Source: an uncultured Actinomycetes bacterium (lineage in GTDB: Bacteria > Actinomycetota > UBA4738 > HRBIN12). Taken from it: a stretch of DNA of 64,000 nt. Shown piece after piece: positions 32,263-43,400 of the stretch (the stretch's first letter is position 1; each line of letters begins with the position of its first letter). The DNA lies in the NCBI GenBank assembly GCA_963816275.1, contig CAWFJU010000028.1:383-64382 (forward strand), in the 5' to 3' direction. The translations under genes were made by a program, and so were the position numbers. The notes beneath the pieces are model-generated. The model saw only the letters and a list, made by a program, of their open reading frames with translations, was not told where the DNA came from and did no database searches.

Positions 32263-32466
32263 ATGACCCTTCAGGAGACGGAGGCCCGCTTCCGCGAGGC
32301 TATCGCGCGAGCCCTCTATCGACCGGTCGACGGCGAGGGCACGGGGTACCTTCCGTTCAACGGCGCCCGCAGCTACGCGTGCCTGCGGTGTGGGGCCGCC
32401 GTCGCCGACCGACGCACCCATACCGCCTGGCACGAGCGCCACGGCCAGGCCCACCACGAGCCCTGA
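32263..32466 (+). CDS. Small protein (67 aa) with C2H2-like zinc-finger motif
   Basis: AAGGAAG SD before ATG 32263; YACLRCGAAVADRRTHTAWH. Confidence 0.6.
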   Translation: MTLQETEARFREAIARALYRPVDGEGTGYLPFNGARSYACLRCGAAVADRRTHTAWHERHGQAHHEP

Positions 32467-32467
32467 G

Positions 32468-33154
32468 TCACGACAGACGCGGGAGCGTCACCGTGGAGCC
32501 CACGACGTAGACCAGCATCAGGAAGGCGACCGCGTTGACGCCGAATCGGAGGCCGCGCTTGCGGAAGCGCTGCGCGATCGCCACGAGGAAGAGCACCGTC
32601 GCGAGCAGCACGGTGTTCCGGACGTACTTGTCGGCGATGTCGTCGGCGCTCTTGCCCAGGGCGTAGGCGGCCGACGCGCGAGCGTTGAGTCGCGTCGCCT
32701 CCTGCACGTGCGGGTTGCGATCGAGATCGGGCATGAACCCGAGGTCCCGCTCCGCCGACGAACCGGTGCCGCCGCTCCCCAACCACACCCGGAAGTCCTT
32801 CTCGAAGTCGGGCGTGAAGCGGCCTTCCAACTGGCGGGCCAACGCCGGCGCGTGGCGGTCGGTGGCCTCGAGCCACGCCGTGAACAGGGCCGAGTCCGAC
32901 ACCAGCTCGAGGCCCCCCAACGTGGAGGCCGCCTCGGCTCGGAATCGATCCTGGGTCGCCTGCTGGTAGAGCGCGGACTCCCGACCGTCCCACTTGGCCG
33001 CCTGGTACCCGCTCCAGGCCGTGGCCGTCGCGACGATCGCGAGGAACAGCAGTTCGACGACCTCCGCGAACTGCTCCCACCCCTGCGTGTGGCCTCCGAG
33101 CTCGCTGCGTTCATGGAGCTCTTGGGCCACGTCCGAGTTCAACGACTCCGCCAT
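32468..33154 (-). CDS. Membrane protein (DUF4337-like), 228 aa
   Basis: TM-coiled region-2TM layout; ATAWSGYQAAKW motif. Confidence 0.6.
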   Translation of the reverse strand: MAESLNSDVAQELHERSELGGHTQGWEQFAEVVELLFLAIVATATAWSGYQAAKWDGRESALYQQATQDRFRAEAASTLGGLELVSDSALFTAWLEATDRHAPALARQLEGRFTPDFEKDFRVWLGSGGTGSSAERDLGFMPDLDRNPHVQEATRLNARASAAYALGKSADDIADKYVRNTVLLATVLFLVAIAQRFRKRGLRFGVNAVAFLMLVYVVGSTVTLPRLS

Positions 33155-33195
33155 CGCCCGCCGATCACCCGCCGATATCCGTCACGACCGACGGT

Positions 33196-35553
33196 TCACT
33201 CCCGCGTCAGCATGGCTTCCGCCTGACGCTCCAGGTCGAGGTACGGTTCGCCGCTCACGTCGACGGCCACCCGCTTGATCGTGCCGCCGCTGAACCGGAA
33301 GGGGGCTTCGCCCGGGTAGTCGTCGGTGACCGCCTCGCCGCTGTCGCGGCCCACGCAGAGGCCCTCCCCGGCGAGCGAGAAGTACCCCGGCTGGGTCTTG
33401 ATCCGCCCCTCCCCGACCTTCTGGTCGCCGTGGTACAGGGACAGGATGCCGGTGGCGACGCCGGGCGGATCCTCGCCGTCCTTGTCGAACGCGACCGACA
33501 GGATCAGATCCTCCCCGGTGGGCAGATCGACGGTTCCGTCGATCTTCTGCTCCATCATGCCGACGAAGTTGTAGACGTAGTGCAGTCGGTTCTCCTTCAC
33601 GTAAAGGGCGTGCCCACCGAATCGCGCCCCATGGGCGAAGAGCACCCCTTCGGCGCCGGCCGCAGGGATGTCGACCAGCGCGCCGATCGCGAACGAGCGG
33701 TTGCGGATGTTGACGGACTGCGATTCCGGAACGTCGGCCGTATCGGGGAAGTACACGTAGCGGTCGCGCGGTGGCGAGAGCAGCGGCCGAGGCGTCAGGA
33801 TGATCTCCAGCGCCGAGCGGTCGTCCAGCGGGAAGGCGCCGTTGCGACCCGCCTCGGCGAACCACAGCTGGACCAGTTCCCGGAGCTTCTCCGGCTCCTC
33901 GGCCGCGAGATCGTGGAGCTCGGACCGGTCGACATCGGTGTGGTAGAGCTCCCACACGTCATCGTTGAAGTTGCTCCATCCCGCGATCGTCGGGTGGGTG
34001 GTGATCGCCTTCCAGCCGTCGTGCCAGATCCCGCGGGACCCGAGCATCGAGAAGAACTGCGTGCGCCGTGCCGACGTGGCCGAGGCGTCGTCGAAGCTGT
34101 ACCGCATGCTCACCCCGTCGAACGCGGACTGCACGTGCCCCTTGATCCGCGCCGGCGCCTCCACGCCGAGGCAGTCGAGCACGGTCGGCACCAGGTCGAT
34201 CGCGTGGTGGTACTGGGTCCGGATCTCGCCGCTCGCCTGCATCCCGGCGGGCCACGAGATGATGCACGGGTCCGAGGTCCCCCCGTTGAACTCGTACCGC
34301 TTCCACATCTTGAAGGGCGTGTTGAACGCCATCGCCCAGCCGTTCGAGTAGTGGTTGTAGGTCTTGGGGCCGCCCAGCTCGTCGAGCATCGCGAGGGCCG
34401 AATCCAGGTCATCGGGCATCCCGTTGAAGAGCCGGTTCTCGTTCACCGACCCGTTCGGCCCGCCCTCGCCGCTCGCGCCGTTGTCCGACACGAGGATCAC
34501 GATCGTGTTCTCCCGCTCACCCGAGAACTCCAAGAAGTCCAGCAGCCGCCCGATGTGGTGGTCGGCATGCGCGAGGAACCCCGCGTAGACCTCGGCCATC
34601 CTCGAGAACAGCTCTTTCTCGCCGTCGGAGAGCGAGTCCCACGGCTTCGTGACGTCCATCGACGGGAAGGGCTTGCCGTCGGGACCCGTGCGCGTCTCCG
34701 TCGTGCCGATCGGGTTGATCGGCGGGAGCTCGGTGTCGGGCGGGACGATGCCCAGCTCCTTCTGGCGCGCGAGCGTCTCCTCGCGCAGCGCTTCATATCC
34801 CATGTCGAAACGGCCCTCGAACCGTTCGATCCACTCCTTCGGAGCATGGTGCGGCGCGTGGCAGGCGCCCGGTGCGTAGTAGAGGAAGAACGGCTTCTCG
34901 GGCGCGATCGCCTTCGCGTCCTTGATGAATTCCAGCGCCTTGTCCGTGATGTCATCGGTGAAGTGGTAGCCCTCCTCCGGGGTCGCCGGCGGGTCGACGG
35001 GGTGGTTGTCGTAGACGAGCTCGGGGTACCACTGATTGGTCTCCGCGCCGAGGAATCCGTACCAGCGCTCGAAACCGCGGCCGCTCGGCCAGTTCCGCCT
35101 CGTCGCGGCGAGATTCATCTCGTCGGTCGGGCAGAGGTGCCACTTCCCGACCATGTAGGTGTTCCAGCCGAGCTCGCCCAAGATCTCGGGCAGCATGCCG
35201 TTCTCGGGCGGGATCGTACCGCTCGCGTTCGGGAACCCGATCGCCGCTTCCGTGATGCAGGCCATGGAGTTTCGCGTGTGGTTGCGACCCGTCAGCAGAC
35301 ACGAACGCGTCGGCGAACAGAGCGCGGTGGTGTGCCACTGCGTGTAGCGGACGCCTCCGGCCGCGATGCGGTCGATGTTCGGCGTCTCGATGGGTCCCCC
35401 ATACGTCGACATCGCCGAGAAGCCGACGTCATCGAGCACCATATAGACGACATTGGGTGCGCCGTCGGGCGCCTTGGGCGGTTCGAAGGGATCCCAGTCC
35501 GGCTCGGAATCGCGGATGTCGACGTTGATCGTGCCCTTGAACGGTGTGGCCAT
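33196..35553 (-). CDS. Arylsulfatase (Cys-type, formylglycine-dependent), 785 aa
   Basis: PNVV..VLDDVGF, CSPTRSCLLTGR, GKWHL and SDNG motifs; C-terminal extension; SD GGAGG. Confidence 0.95.
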   Translation of the reverse strand: MATPFKGTINVDIRDSEPDWDPFEPPKAPDGAPNVVYMVLDDVGFSAMSTYGGPIETPNIDRIAAGGVRYTQWHTTALCSPTRSCLLTGRNHTRNSMACITEAAIGFPNASGTIPPENGMLPEILGELGWNTYMVGKWHLCPTDEMNLAATRRNWPSGRGFERWYGFLGAETNQWYPELVYDNHPVDPPATPEEGYHFTDDITDKALEFIKDAKAIAPEKPFFLYYAPGACHAPHHAPKEWIERFEGRFDMGYEALREETLARQKELGIVPPDTELPPINPIGTTETRTGPDGKPFPSMDVTKPWDSLSDGEKELFSRMAEVYAGFLAHADHHIGRLLDFLEFSGERENTIVILVSDNGASGEGGPNGSVNENRLFNGMPDDLDSALAMLDELGGPKTYNHYSNGWAMAFNTPFKMWKRYEFNGGTSDPCIISWPAGMQASGEIRTQYHHAIDLVPTVLDCLGVEAPARIKGHVQSAFDGVSMRYSFDDASATSARRTQFFSMLGSRGIWHDGWKAITTHPTIAGWSNFNDDVWELYHTDVDRSELHDLAAEEPEKLRELVQLWFAEAGRNGAFPLDDRSALEIILTPRPLLSPPRDRYVYFPDTADVPESQSVNIRNRSFAIGALVDIPAAGAEGVLFAHGARFGGHALYVKENRLHYVYNFVGMMEQKIDGTVDLPTGEDLILSVAFDKDGEDPPGVATGILSLYHGDQKVGEGRIKTQPGYFSLAGEGLCVGRDSGEAVTDDYPGEAPFRFSGGTIKRVAVDVSGEPYLDLERQAEAMLTRE

Positions 35554-35782
35554 ACCGTGCCTCCCTGAGCGACGAGCGGGCCGCGTCGGCGATCAGGAAC
35601 TCCGGCGCAGTTGGTCGCTCCCAGGCTAGCCCGACGGCCTGAAGCTCGCACATCCGGCAGGTGAACGGGAGACGGACCGCCGCAGGTCCACCGGCCCAGG
35701 CGGACCGGTCCCTGCGGCCCGACGCCTGTCCGCCGAGGAGGCGGAGGCTGACGGTATCGACCACCGAGAGGGGTGATGCCCG

Positions 35783-37357
35783 ATGCGCACTTCCCTCGCA
35801 CCGGCGAACCAGGGTGAGGAACCGAGTCGGAAGGGCCTGAAGTCCGGTGCCCTCGGCGTCGTGTCGGCGACCGTGATCGGCGTCGCATCGACCGCGCCCG
35901 CCTACAGCCTGGCCGCGACCGTCGGTCTGACCGCGGCCGTCGTTGGCCTGTTCTCCCCGGCGATCGTGCTCGTCGCGTTCATCCCGATGCTCTTCGCCGC
36001 CTCCGCGTACTACTTCTTGAACCGGGTCGATCCCGACTGCGGCGCCACGTTCGCCTGGGTGACGCGGGCGATGGGACCCCACGCCGGCTGGATGGGCGGC
36101 TGGGGCGTGATCGTCGCCGACGTCATCGTCATGCCGAGCCTCGCCTGGGTGGCGGCGGCGTACACCTACTCGCTCTTCGGCCTCGACGGTCTCGCCTCGA
36201 ACACGTGGGCGATCATGGCCCTCGGCTGCGGCTACATCCTGGGGATGACGGTGATCTCGTGGGTCGGGATCGAGCTGTCGGCGCGGACGCAGTTCGTGCT
36301 GCTCGCCGCCGAGATCGTGATCCTGGTCGGGTTCTCGATCTTCGCCCTCGTGAACGTGTTCCTGAACCATCCCGCGGGGTCGGTGACGCCGTCGCTGAGC
36401 TGGATGAACCCGTTCAACCTGTCGGCATCGCAGCTCTCCCAAGGCGTGCTGCTGGCCCTGTTCATCTACTGGGGCTGGGACACGGCGGCCAACGTGAACG
36501 AGGAGACCCGCGGGGCCCGGACCGCATCCGGCGTGGCTACGGTCGCCTCGACGATCGTCCTGGTGTCCACGTATCTCTTCGCCGCGTTCGCGACCACCGC
36601 CTATCGAGGCCCCGGGTTCTTGATCGACAACCCGGACGACGTGCTGACCGGGATGGTCGGACATCCGTGGGACAAGTTGATGATCCTGGCCGTCCTCACA
36701 TCGGCGGTCGCCTGCACGCAGACGACGATCCTGCCGACCGCCCGCACGACGCTGTCGATGGCGGCGCACGGAGCGCTCCCGAGGAAGCTCGCGGAGATCC
36801 ACCCCAGGTTCCTCACGCCGACGTGGTCGACCTGGCTGATGGGGCTGGCCTCGATCGCTTGGTACGCCGTGCTCGTGTTCGTCGACTCGAGCGAGAACAT
36901 CCTGTGGGACTCGATCAGCGGCCTCGGCTTCGCGATCGCCTTCTACTACGGCATCACGGCGCTGGCCTCGCCGATCCTGTTCCGGAAGGTCCTCACGCGC
37001 AGCTGGAAGCATCTCCTGCTGGCCGGCGTGCTCCCGGTCTTCAGCGCGATGAGCCTGCTGTACGTGTTCGTGCGTTCGGCGATCGACTACTGGAACCCGG
37101 CGAACTCCTATACGCCGGCGTGGTTCGCCTTCGGTGACTTCCAGGGGGTCGGACCGGCGCTGGTGATCGGGATCGGGTCACTGCTGATCGGGATCCCGCT
37201 GATGCTGTGGTGGCGGGTCGTGAACCCGTCGTTCTTCCGGCGGAAGGCCGAGGTGGCGGATTCGATCGACGGGCTCCTCTCGGACCCCGACCGGATCACG
37301 GACGACGTGGAGCTCGACCAGCCGGCGCCCCAGGTGCCGGTGCCGTCGGGAACGTGA
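35783..37357 (+). CDS. APC-family amino acid/polyamine permease
   Basis: ASTAPAYSLA and FIYWGWD...EET motifs; about 12 TM helices. Confidence 0.92.
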   Translation: MRTSLAPANQGEEPSRKGLKSGALGVVSATVIGVASTAPAYSLAATVGLTAAVVGLFSPAIVLVAFIPMLFAASAYYFLNRVDPDCGATFAWVTRAMGPHAGWMGGWGVIVADVIVMPSLAWVAAAYTYSLFGLDGLASNTWAIMALGCGYILGMTVISWVGIELSARTQFVLLAAEIVILVGFSIFALVNVFLNHPAGSVTPSLSWMNPFNLSASQLSQGVLLALFIYWGWDTAANVNEETRGARTASGVATVASTIVLVSTYLFAAFATTAYRGPGFLIDNPDDVLTGMVGHPWDKLMILAVLTSAVACTQTTILPTARTTLSMAAHGALPRKLAEIHPRFLTPTWSTWLMGLASIAWYAVLVFVDSSENILWDSISGLGFAIAFYYGITALASPILFRKVLTRSWKHLLLAGVLPVFSAMSLLYVFVRSAIDYWNPANSYTPAWFAFGDFQGVGPALVIGIGSLLIGIPLMLWWRVVNPSFFRRKAEVADSIDGLLSDPDRITDDVELDQPAPQVPVPSGT

Positions 37358-37401
37358 CGATCTGACGACGCGCCGGTGAGGAACGTCGCTATCGTCGCGG
37401 C

Positions 37402-38136
37402 GTGGAACGTACCCAGATGGATAGGTCCGCGCGGACGCGCCGAGACGGCGACCTCGTCCGGGATCCCCGCCGCGCCCTGATCGTGGCGGCCGCGCTGCTC
37501 GCCGGGTTCCTCCTACTCGCGGTCGTCGTGGCGTCCGACGTCGCATCTCCCCCGTTCCTGCAGGGTCTCGACGACGCCTGGCGGCGCCGGGTCCTCGCCT
37601 GGCCCGACTGGACGCGGCGGCTTGGCGAGCTCTTCGAACTCCTCGGGTCCGGCGTCGTGATGGTTCCGCTGCGGATCGGGGTGGCCCTGTGGCTCGTCGT
37701 TCGGCGACGCCGATGGGACCTCGCGGCCTGGCTCCTCGCCTGGCTGCTCGCCGACCTGCTGACCTTCGCGCTGAAGCCGGCGATCGCACGGGCTCGACCC
37801 ACCCCGACCGACCTCTCGAACCCGTTCACCTCGTTCCCGAGCGCCCACGCGAAGACCGCCGCCCAGGTCGCGATCGGGGTCGTCCTGATCGCCACCAGCC
37901 CGTGGCGCGAACGGCGTCTCGGCTACACGCTCGCCCTCGCCTGGATCGTGCTGATGGCCCTCTCACGAACGGTCGTGGACCATCACTGGCTCTCTGACGT
38001 GGTGGCGGGATCGCTGCTCGGCGCGGCCTGTGCGGTGGGCGTGGCGGCGACGACGCAGCGGGTTCGAGACCGCGGGCAGCGGGAGCGACCGGGGACACGA
38101 GCGACGGCACGCGCTCGGCCCGATCCGCAGGACTAG
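37402..38136 (+). CDS. PAP2-family phosphatase
   Basis: KPAIARARP, SFPSAH and SRTVVDHHWLSD motifs; leaderless start (TATCGT-N6-GTG). Confidence 0.88.
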   Translation: MERTQMDRSARTRRDGDLVRDPRRALIVAAALLAGFLLLAVVVASDVASPPFLQGLDDAWRRRVLAWPDWTRRLGELFELLGSGVVMVPLRIGVALWLVVRRRRWDLAAWLLAWLLADLLTFALKPAIARARPTPTDLSNPFTSFPSAHAKTAAQVAIGVVLIATSPWRERRLGYTLALAWIVLMALSRTVVDHHWLSDVVAGSLLGAACAVGVAATTQRVRDRGQRERPGTRATARARPDPQD

Positions 38137-38145
38137 CATGGTCGC

Positions 38146-39084
38146 ATGCACGCGCAACGCGCGATCACTCGGTTCGCGCTGGCGATCGGCCTCGTGACAC
38201 TCGTCCTCGGGTGCACCGGATCCAGCGAGGATGCGGCATCGACGCCGGCGACGACCACGCCCTCGGAGCGACCCTCCCCGACGAAGTCCCGAGCCCCGAG
38301 CAGCCCGACGAAGACCCCCGCGACCCCGACACCGGTCAAGATCCCGCGAACCTTCGACCCGAAGAACTTCGTCCCGGGAGGGTCCGACGTGAACACGTGG
38401 GTCCCTATGGCGCCCGGCGTGCAAACGGTGAACCGGGGCTTCGTCACGGTGGGCGGCCGGCGCATCCCGCACATCAAGGTGACCACGGTCACCGACGTCA
38501 CGAAGAGGATCGACGGGGTGCGCACCATCGTGATCCTCGACCAGGACTTCGACGACGGACAGCTCAGCGAGCAGGCGATCGACTACCTCGCCGAGGACGT
38601 GGGTGGCAACGTCTGGTACCTGGGCTCCTACACGGAGGCCTACGAAGGGGGCCAGTTCCTCAACGCCGAAGATGCGTGGCTCGCCGGCGTGAACGGCGCC
38701 GAGGCCGGCCTGTGGTTCCCCGGTGATCCGAAGGCGGGGAGCCCAGCCTTCTATCAGGTCCAGATCCCGGGCGGCGAACAGTCGTCCGCACAGGTGGTCG
38801 AGGTGGGTGCCAAGACCTGCGTGCCGTTCGACTGCTTCGACGACGTCGTGGTCGTCGAGGAGGGTGGAGCGGAGCACAAGTACTGGGCGCCCGGCGTTGG
38901 CGGCATCCTGACCGAGCCGCTCTCGGGATCCGCGCAGGAGACCGAGGAACTGATCAACGTCAGGGAGCTCAGCGCCACGGCCCTCGCCGAGCTCAGCAAG
39001 GAGACCCTGCGGCTCGACGCGAACGCGGCCCGCACGGTGCCGAGCGTCTTCGGCTCATCCGCGCCGGCCGTCCGAGAGCGTTGA
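38146..39084 (+). CDS. Hypothetical lipoprotein, 312 aa
   Basis: Lipobox LVLGC, Pro/Thr-rich linker and beta-rich domain (DYLAEDVGGNVWYLG; KYWAPGVG). Confidence 0.75.
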   Translation: MHAQRAITRFALAIGLVTLVLGCTGSSEDAASTPATTTPSERPSPTKSRAPSSPTKTPATPTPVKIPRTFDPKNFVPGGSDVNTWVPMAPGVQTVNRGFVTVGGRRIPHIKVTTVTDVTKRIDGVRTIVILDQDFDDGQLSEQAIDYLAEDVGGNVWYLGSYTEAYEGGQFLNAEDAWLAGVNGAEAGLWFPGDPKAGSPAFYQVQIPGGEQSSAQVVEVGAKTCVPFDCFDDVVVVEEGGAEHKYWAPGVGGILTEPLSGSAQETEELINVRELSATALAELSKETLRLDANAARTVPSVFGSSAPAVRER

Positions 39085-39767
39085 CGAGAGCGGGGAGCAC
39101 CGCGGTCGAACCGCTGGTGAGGCTCGACGGCGTCTCCAAGGCGTTCGGCGCCGACCGTCACGTCCTTCGGGAGGTGAGCCTCGAGGTGCGCCTCGGGGAG
39201 ATGGTCAGCCTCACGGGCGTCTCAGGCAGTGGGAAGTCGACGATGCTCGCGCTGCTGGCCGGTCTCGCCGTGCCCGACGGGGGACGGGTGATCTTCGACG
39301 GCGACGATCTGACGGCACTCGATGACATCGGACGGGCACGGCTGCGCGCCCGGCGGATCGGCATCGTGCTCCAGAGCGGGAACCTGATCCCTTTCCTGAC
39401 CGCCGCGGAGAACGTCGAGCTCGCGACCGGGTTCGCCGGTGGGGACGGCGACCACGTTCGAGCGGGGGATCTGCTCGCGGAGCTCGGGGTCGGCGATCGC
39501 GGCCACCACCTGCCTCGGCGGATGTCCGGCGGCGAGGCGCAGCGCGTCGCGGTCGCCGTCGCGCTCGCCAACCATCCTGAGCTACTGCTCGCCGACGAGA
39601 TCACGGGGCAGCTGGACTCGAGGACCGCCGATCAGGTCATGGGAACCATCTTCGACGCATGGCATCGGCGGGGGTTGACGGTGCTGTACGTGACCCACGA
39701 CCAAGAGCTCGCCGACCGGGCCGAGCGTCGACTGACCCTCGAGGGTGGGCAGGTGCGCGAACGGTGA
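39081..39767 (+). CDS. ABC ATP-binding protein (LolD/MacB-like)
   Basis: GVSGSGKS, MSGGEAQR, LADE and VTHD motifs. Confidence 0.92.
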   Translation: MTRAGSTAVEPLVRLDGVSKAFGADRHVLREVSLEVRLGEMVSLTGVSGSGKSTMLALLAGLAVPDGGRVIFDGDDLTALDDIGRARLRARRIGIVLQSGNLIPFLTAAENVELATGFAGGDGDHVRAGDLLAELGVGDRGHHLPRRMSGGEAQRVAVAVALANHPELLLADEITGQLDSRTADQVMGTIFDAWHRRGLTVLYVTHDQELADRAERRLTLEGGQVRER

Positions 39768-40435
39768 GCGAGGGCGTCGGCATCGAGATCGTCGACGTGG
39801 CGAAGCGACACGTCACGTCGGCCGGCACCGTGAACGCCCTGGCAGGGGTGAGCCTTACCGTCGCCCCTGGTGAGAGCCTCGCGATCACCGGCCCCAGCGG
39901 TTGCGGCAAGTCGACCTTGCTCGCCCTCATCGCCGGCCTCGACGTCCCGACCGAGGGACTCGTCTCGGTCGGTGATCGGGAGATCTCGTCGTTGTCCGAC
40001 GAGGATCGAGCCTCCGTGCGGCGACACGAGACGGGACTCGTCTTCCAGTCCGACAACCTCCTCCCGTTCCTCACGGCGACCGAGAACGTGAGCCTCCAGC
40101 TCTCGCTCGACGATCGAGACGGCGCGAACGCGCGCAGCCTCGGGATCCTGACCGAGCTCGGGCTCGCGGACGAGGCGGACAGGTTCCCCGACCAGCTCTC
40201 CGGCGGGCAACGCCAACGGGTCGCCGTGGCCCGCGCTCTGGTCCACCGCCCTCGGCTCATCGTCGCGGACGAACCGACCGGATCGCTCGACCCCGACAAC
40301 GCCTCGGGGGTCGTCGAGCTCATGCTCGCCGCGCAGCGTGCGACCGGGGCCACCCTCGTCCTCGTCACGCACGAGCCGACGCTCGCGAGCACATTGCAGC
40401 GGACCCTCGCGCTGCGGGACGGGCGCCTGACATGA
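39764..40435 (+). CDS. ABC ATP-binding protein (LolD/MacB-like)
   Basis: GPSGCGKS, LSGGQRQR and ADEPTG motifs. GTGA overlap gives the start at 39764. Confidence 0.92.
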   Translation: MSEGVGIEIVDVAKRHVTSAGTVNALAGVSLTVAPGESLAITGPSGCGKSTLLALIAGLDVPTEGLVSVGDREISSLSDEDRASVRRHETGLVFQSDNLLPFLTATENVSLQLSLDDRDGANARSLGILTELGLADEADRFPDQLSGGQRQRVAVARALVHRPRLIVADEPTGSLDPDNASGVVELMLAAQRATGATLVLVTHEPTLASTLQRTLALRDGRLT

Positions 40436-43400
40436 TCCGGTACGCCTGGCGCGACCTCGTACGTAACCCCCGGCGAACCCTCGCGTCGATGATCGGCGTG
40501 GCGCTCGGCATCGGTTTGTTCTCGGGGGTGCTGTTCTTCCTGGACGGGTCGGCCGCGACGATGACGAGCCGGGCACTCGCTCCGCTCGACCTCGATATCC
40601 AGCGCATGGTCACGGCCGACCCCGACGGTCTGAGCCTGACCGAACGGATCACGGGATCGAAGGCGCTCGAGGCCGGCCAGCAGACGACGGTCGAGCTCAC
40701 GGTGAGGAACGGCGGAGTCGCTCCGGCCAACGATGTCGTGGTCCGCGACGAGCCTCCTCAGCCGCTGACCTACGTCGGTCACAGCACGGCGTTGGACGGG
40801 ACCCCGGTGCCCGATATCGGGGGCGAGGGTCCGCTCTCGCACGGGGTCGCCGGCTTCGGCTTCACCGTCGGGCGGATGGAACCGGGCGAGTCGGTCACGA
40901 TCTCGTACACGGCGGAGGCCGCGGAGGCCGTGGCCGACGTCGGCGCACTCGGTCCTCAGGCGACGGTCTCCAGCCGGGAGCTCCCGGTCCCCGTCGAGGC
41001 GAACTCGGAACGGATCCTGACGCTCGACGAGCTGCTCGCGCGGGTCTCGGCGATCCCCGGGGTGGCGGCCGCCGACGGACTGGGCATGGTCGACCTTCCG
41101 GCCGGCGCGCTCACGACCGAGGATGCGGAGGTGCCCGATGCGGTCCGGCTCTTCGCCTTCGACCGGGGCTACCTCGATCACTACCCCTCGATCCAGGTCG
41201 TCGACGGCGCGTTGGACCCTCAAGGAGTCCTCATCAGCGTCGAGGCGGCTCGTTCGCTCGGCGTCGCGCCCGGCGACGAGATCTCGCTGCAGATCCCCGG
41301 GCGTTACGATCCGTTGTCCCTCCAGGTCAGTGGCGTGGTGGATCTGGCACGAGCCGACCCGCTGTTCTCCAGCAGGAAGGCCAGCAAGCTCGAGGCGTTC
41401 CTCTACACGCCGAACTCGGTAGTGATCCCGCTCGAAACGTTCCGCGATCAGGTCATCCCGGCCTTCGGGCGCGAGCGCGCGACGGTCGGCACCGTGACGA
41501 GGACCTTCCCCACCCTCGAGGTGGACGCCCTGGTGGACAGGGATCGACTCCGCGCGGACCCCGCGACCGCTCTCCGCCAGACGACGGCCGTGGCGGCGGC
41601 GATCGATCGGATCGGGCCGGGGCAGGGCTACCTGATCGACAACATCTCCAACACGTTGGCCGTGGCCAGCGAGGATGCCGCCGCCGGGAAGCGGATGTTC
41701 CTGTTCCTGGGGCTGCCGGGCGCGATCCTTGCGGCGTTCCTCGCCGCCTACGCCGGCAGCGTCCTGGCGGCGACCGAGCGTCGAGAGCACGCGACCCTTC
41801 GGGTTCGTGGCGCCCACCGTGGCCATCTGCGCACGATCGCCTTCACGAAGACGCTGGTCATCGCGTGCGTCGGCTCCGCCGTCGGGGTCATCCTCGGCCT
41901 GGCATCCGCGGGGGCCATCCTCGGCTGGAGCGCCCTCCTCGAAGCCTCGGTCGGCGCGCTCCTCCTGTCCGCGCTGATGGCGGTCGGCGTGGGATCGGCG
42001 ATCACCGCGGTCGCCCTGTACCTGCCTGCGCGCCGCTCCGTTCGCCGCGAGGTGAGCGACGAGCGGCATGCGATGCCGGCGTCCACGGTGCCCGCCTGGC
42101 GACGTCTCGGCCTCGACGCGGCGCTCCTCACGGCCGCCGTGCTCATCGAGATCGTCGTCATCAGACGCGGAGGCCTCGACCCCCCGTCGGGGTCGGTGTA
42201 CGCCGGGCTGGCCGTCTCGCTGCCGGTCGGGCTCCTGCCGGCACCCCTGATCGTCTGGGTCGCGGGGCTCCTCGTCTGCGTACGCATCATCCTGGCGATC
42301 GTCGCGCGCGCGCCCGTACCGTCGAGCCGGCACTTCGGCGCGATCGTCCCCGGCATCGCGAGCAGGGGCCTGCGGCGGCGATCCGGCGATCTGGCGAGCG
42401 GGATCGTCGGGCTCGGGCTCGTGGTGGCCTTCGGGGTGGGGCTGGCGTTGTTCGCCGCGACCTACGACGCGACGAAGGCCGACGATGCCCGGTTCACGGT
42501 CGGGGCGGACCTCCGCATCACCCCGAGCGTGCTCAGTGCCGAGCACCCCGGAGCGAGCTACGCCGCCGAGCTCACCGTGCCCGGCGTGTCCGGCGTGTCA
42601 CCCGTCGTCTTCGATCTCGAGAACGCGGTCCTGATCGGGCCGTTCAACCAGCAACGGGAGAACCTCGCGGCGGTCGATCCGACGAGCCTCACTTCGGTCA
42701 CGCCGCTGCCGGATCAGGTGTTCAGTGGCGCAACCGCGGCCGACACGCTGGCCGCGCTCGGAGCGGATCCGCGAGGGGTGTTGGTCGATGAGGAGACGGC
42801 GGACGACCTGTCGGTGGACGTGGGCGACCCCGTCGACATCGTCCTCGCGCTCGGGACGAAGTGGGAGACGCAGGAGCGCTTCCACGTCGTGGGACTCTTC
42901 GCACGGTTCCCGGGCCTGTCGGGCGCGAACCTCGTGGTGAACCTGGATCGCTACCGGGAAGCCACGGGGATCGACACCGTCGACCTCTTCCTCGCCGGTG
43001 TGGACGAACGCAGCCACGCGGGGCTCGCGGGGGCGGTGGCGTCGCTGCGGTCGGGTCCGGGCGCTCGCGATCCGCTCCATATCGAGACCACCGAGACGGC
43101 CCTCGACAAGGACCAGTCGAGCCTCACGGCGGTGAACGTGACCGGGCTCGTTCGGCTCAACACCTTCTTCGCGCTGCTGATGAGCGCGACCGCGATCGCG
43201 ATCTTCGTCTTCGGGTTGATGCTCCAGCGCCGTGGCGAGTACGTCGTCCTTCGGGCGCAGGGACTTCGGTCGGGCGAGTTGCGGGCGCTGGTCCTGCTGG
43301 AGGCGGCGGTCGTCACGGTCGGAGGGCTCGCCGCAGGCGTGCTCGTGGGAACGCTCACCGCGATCCTCTCGATCCGGATCCTGCGCGGGCTCTTCATCCT

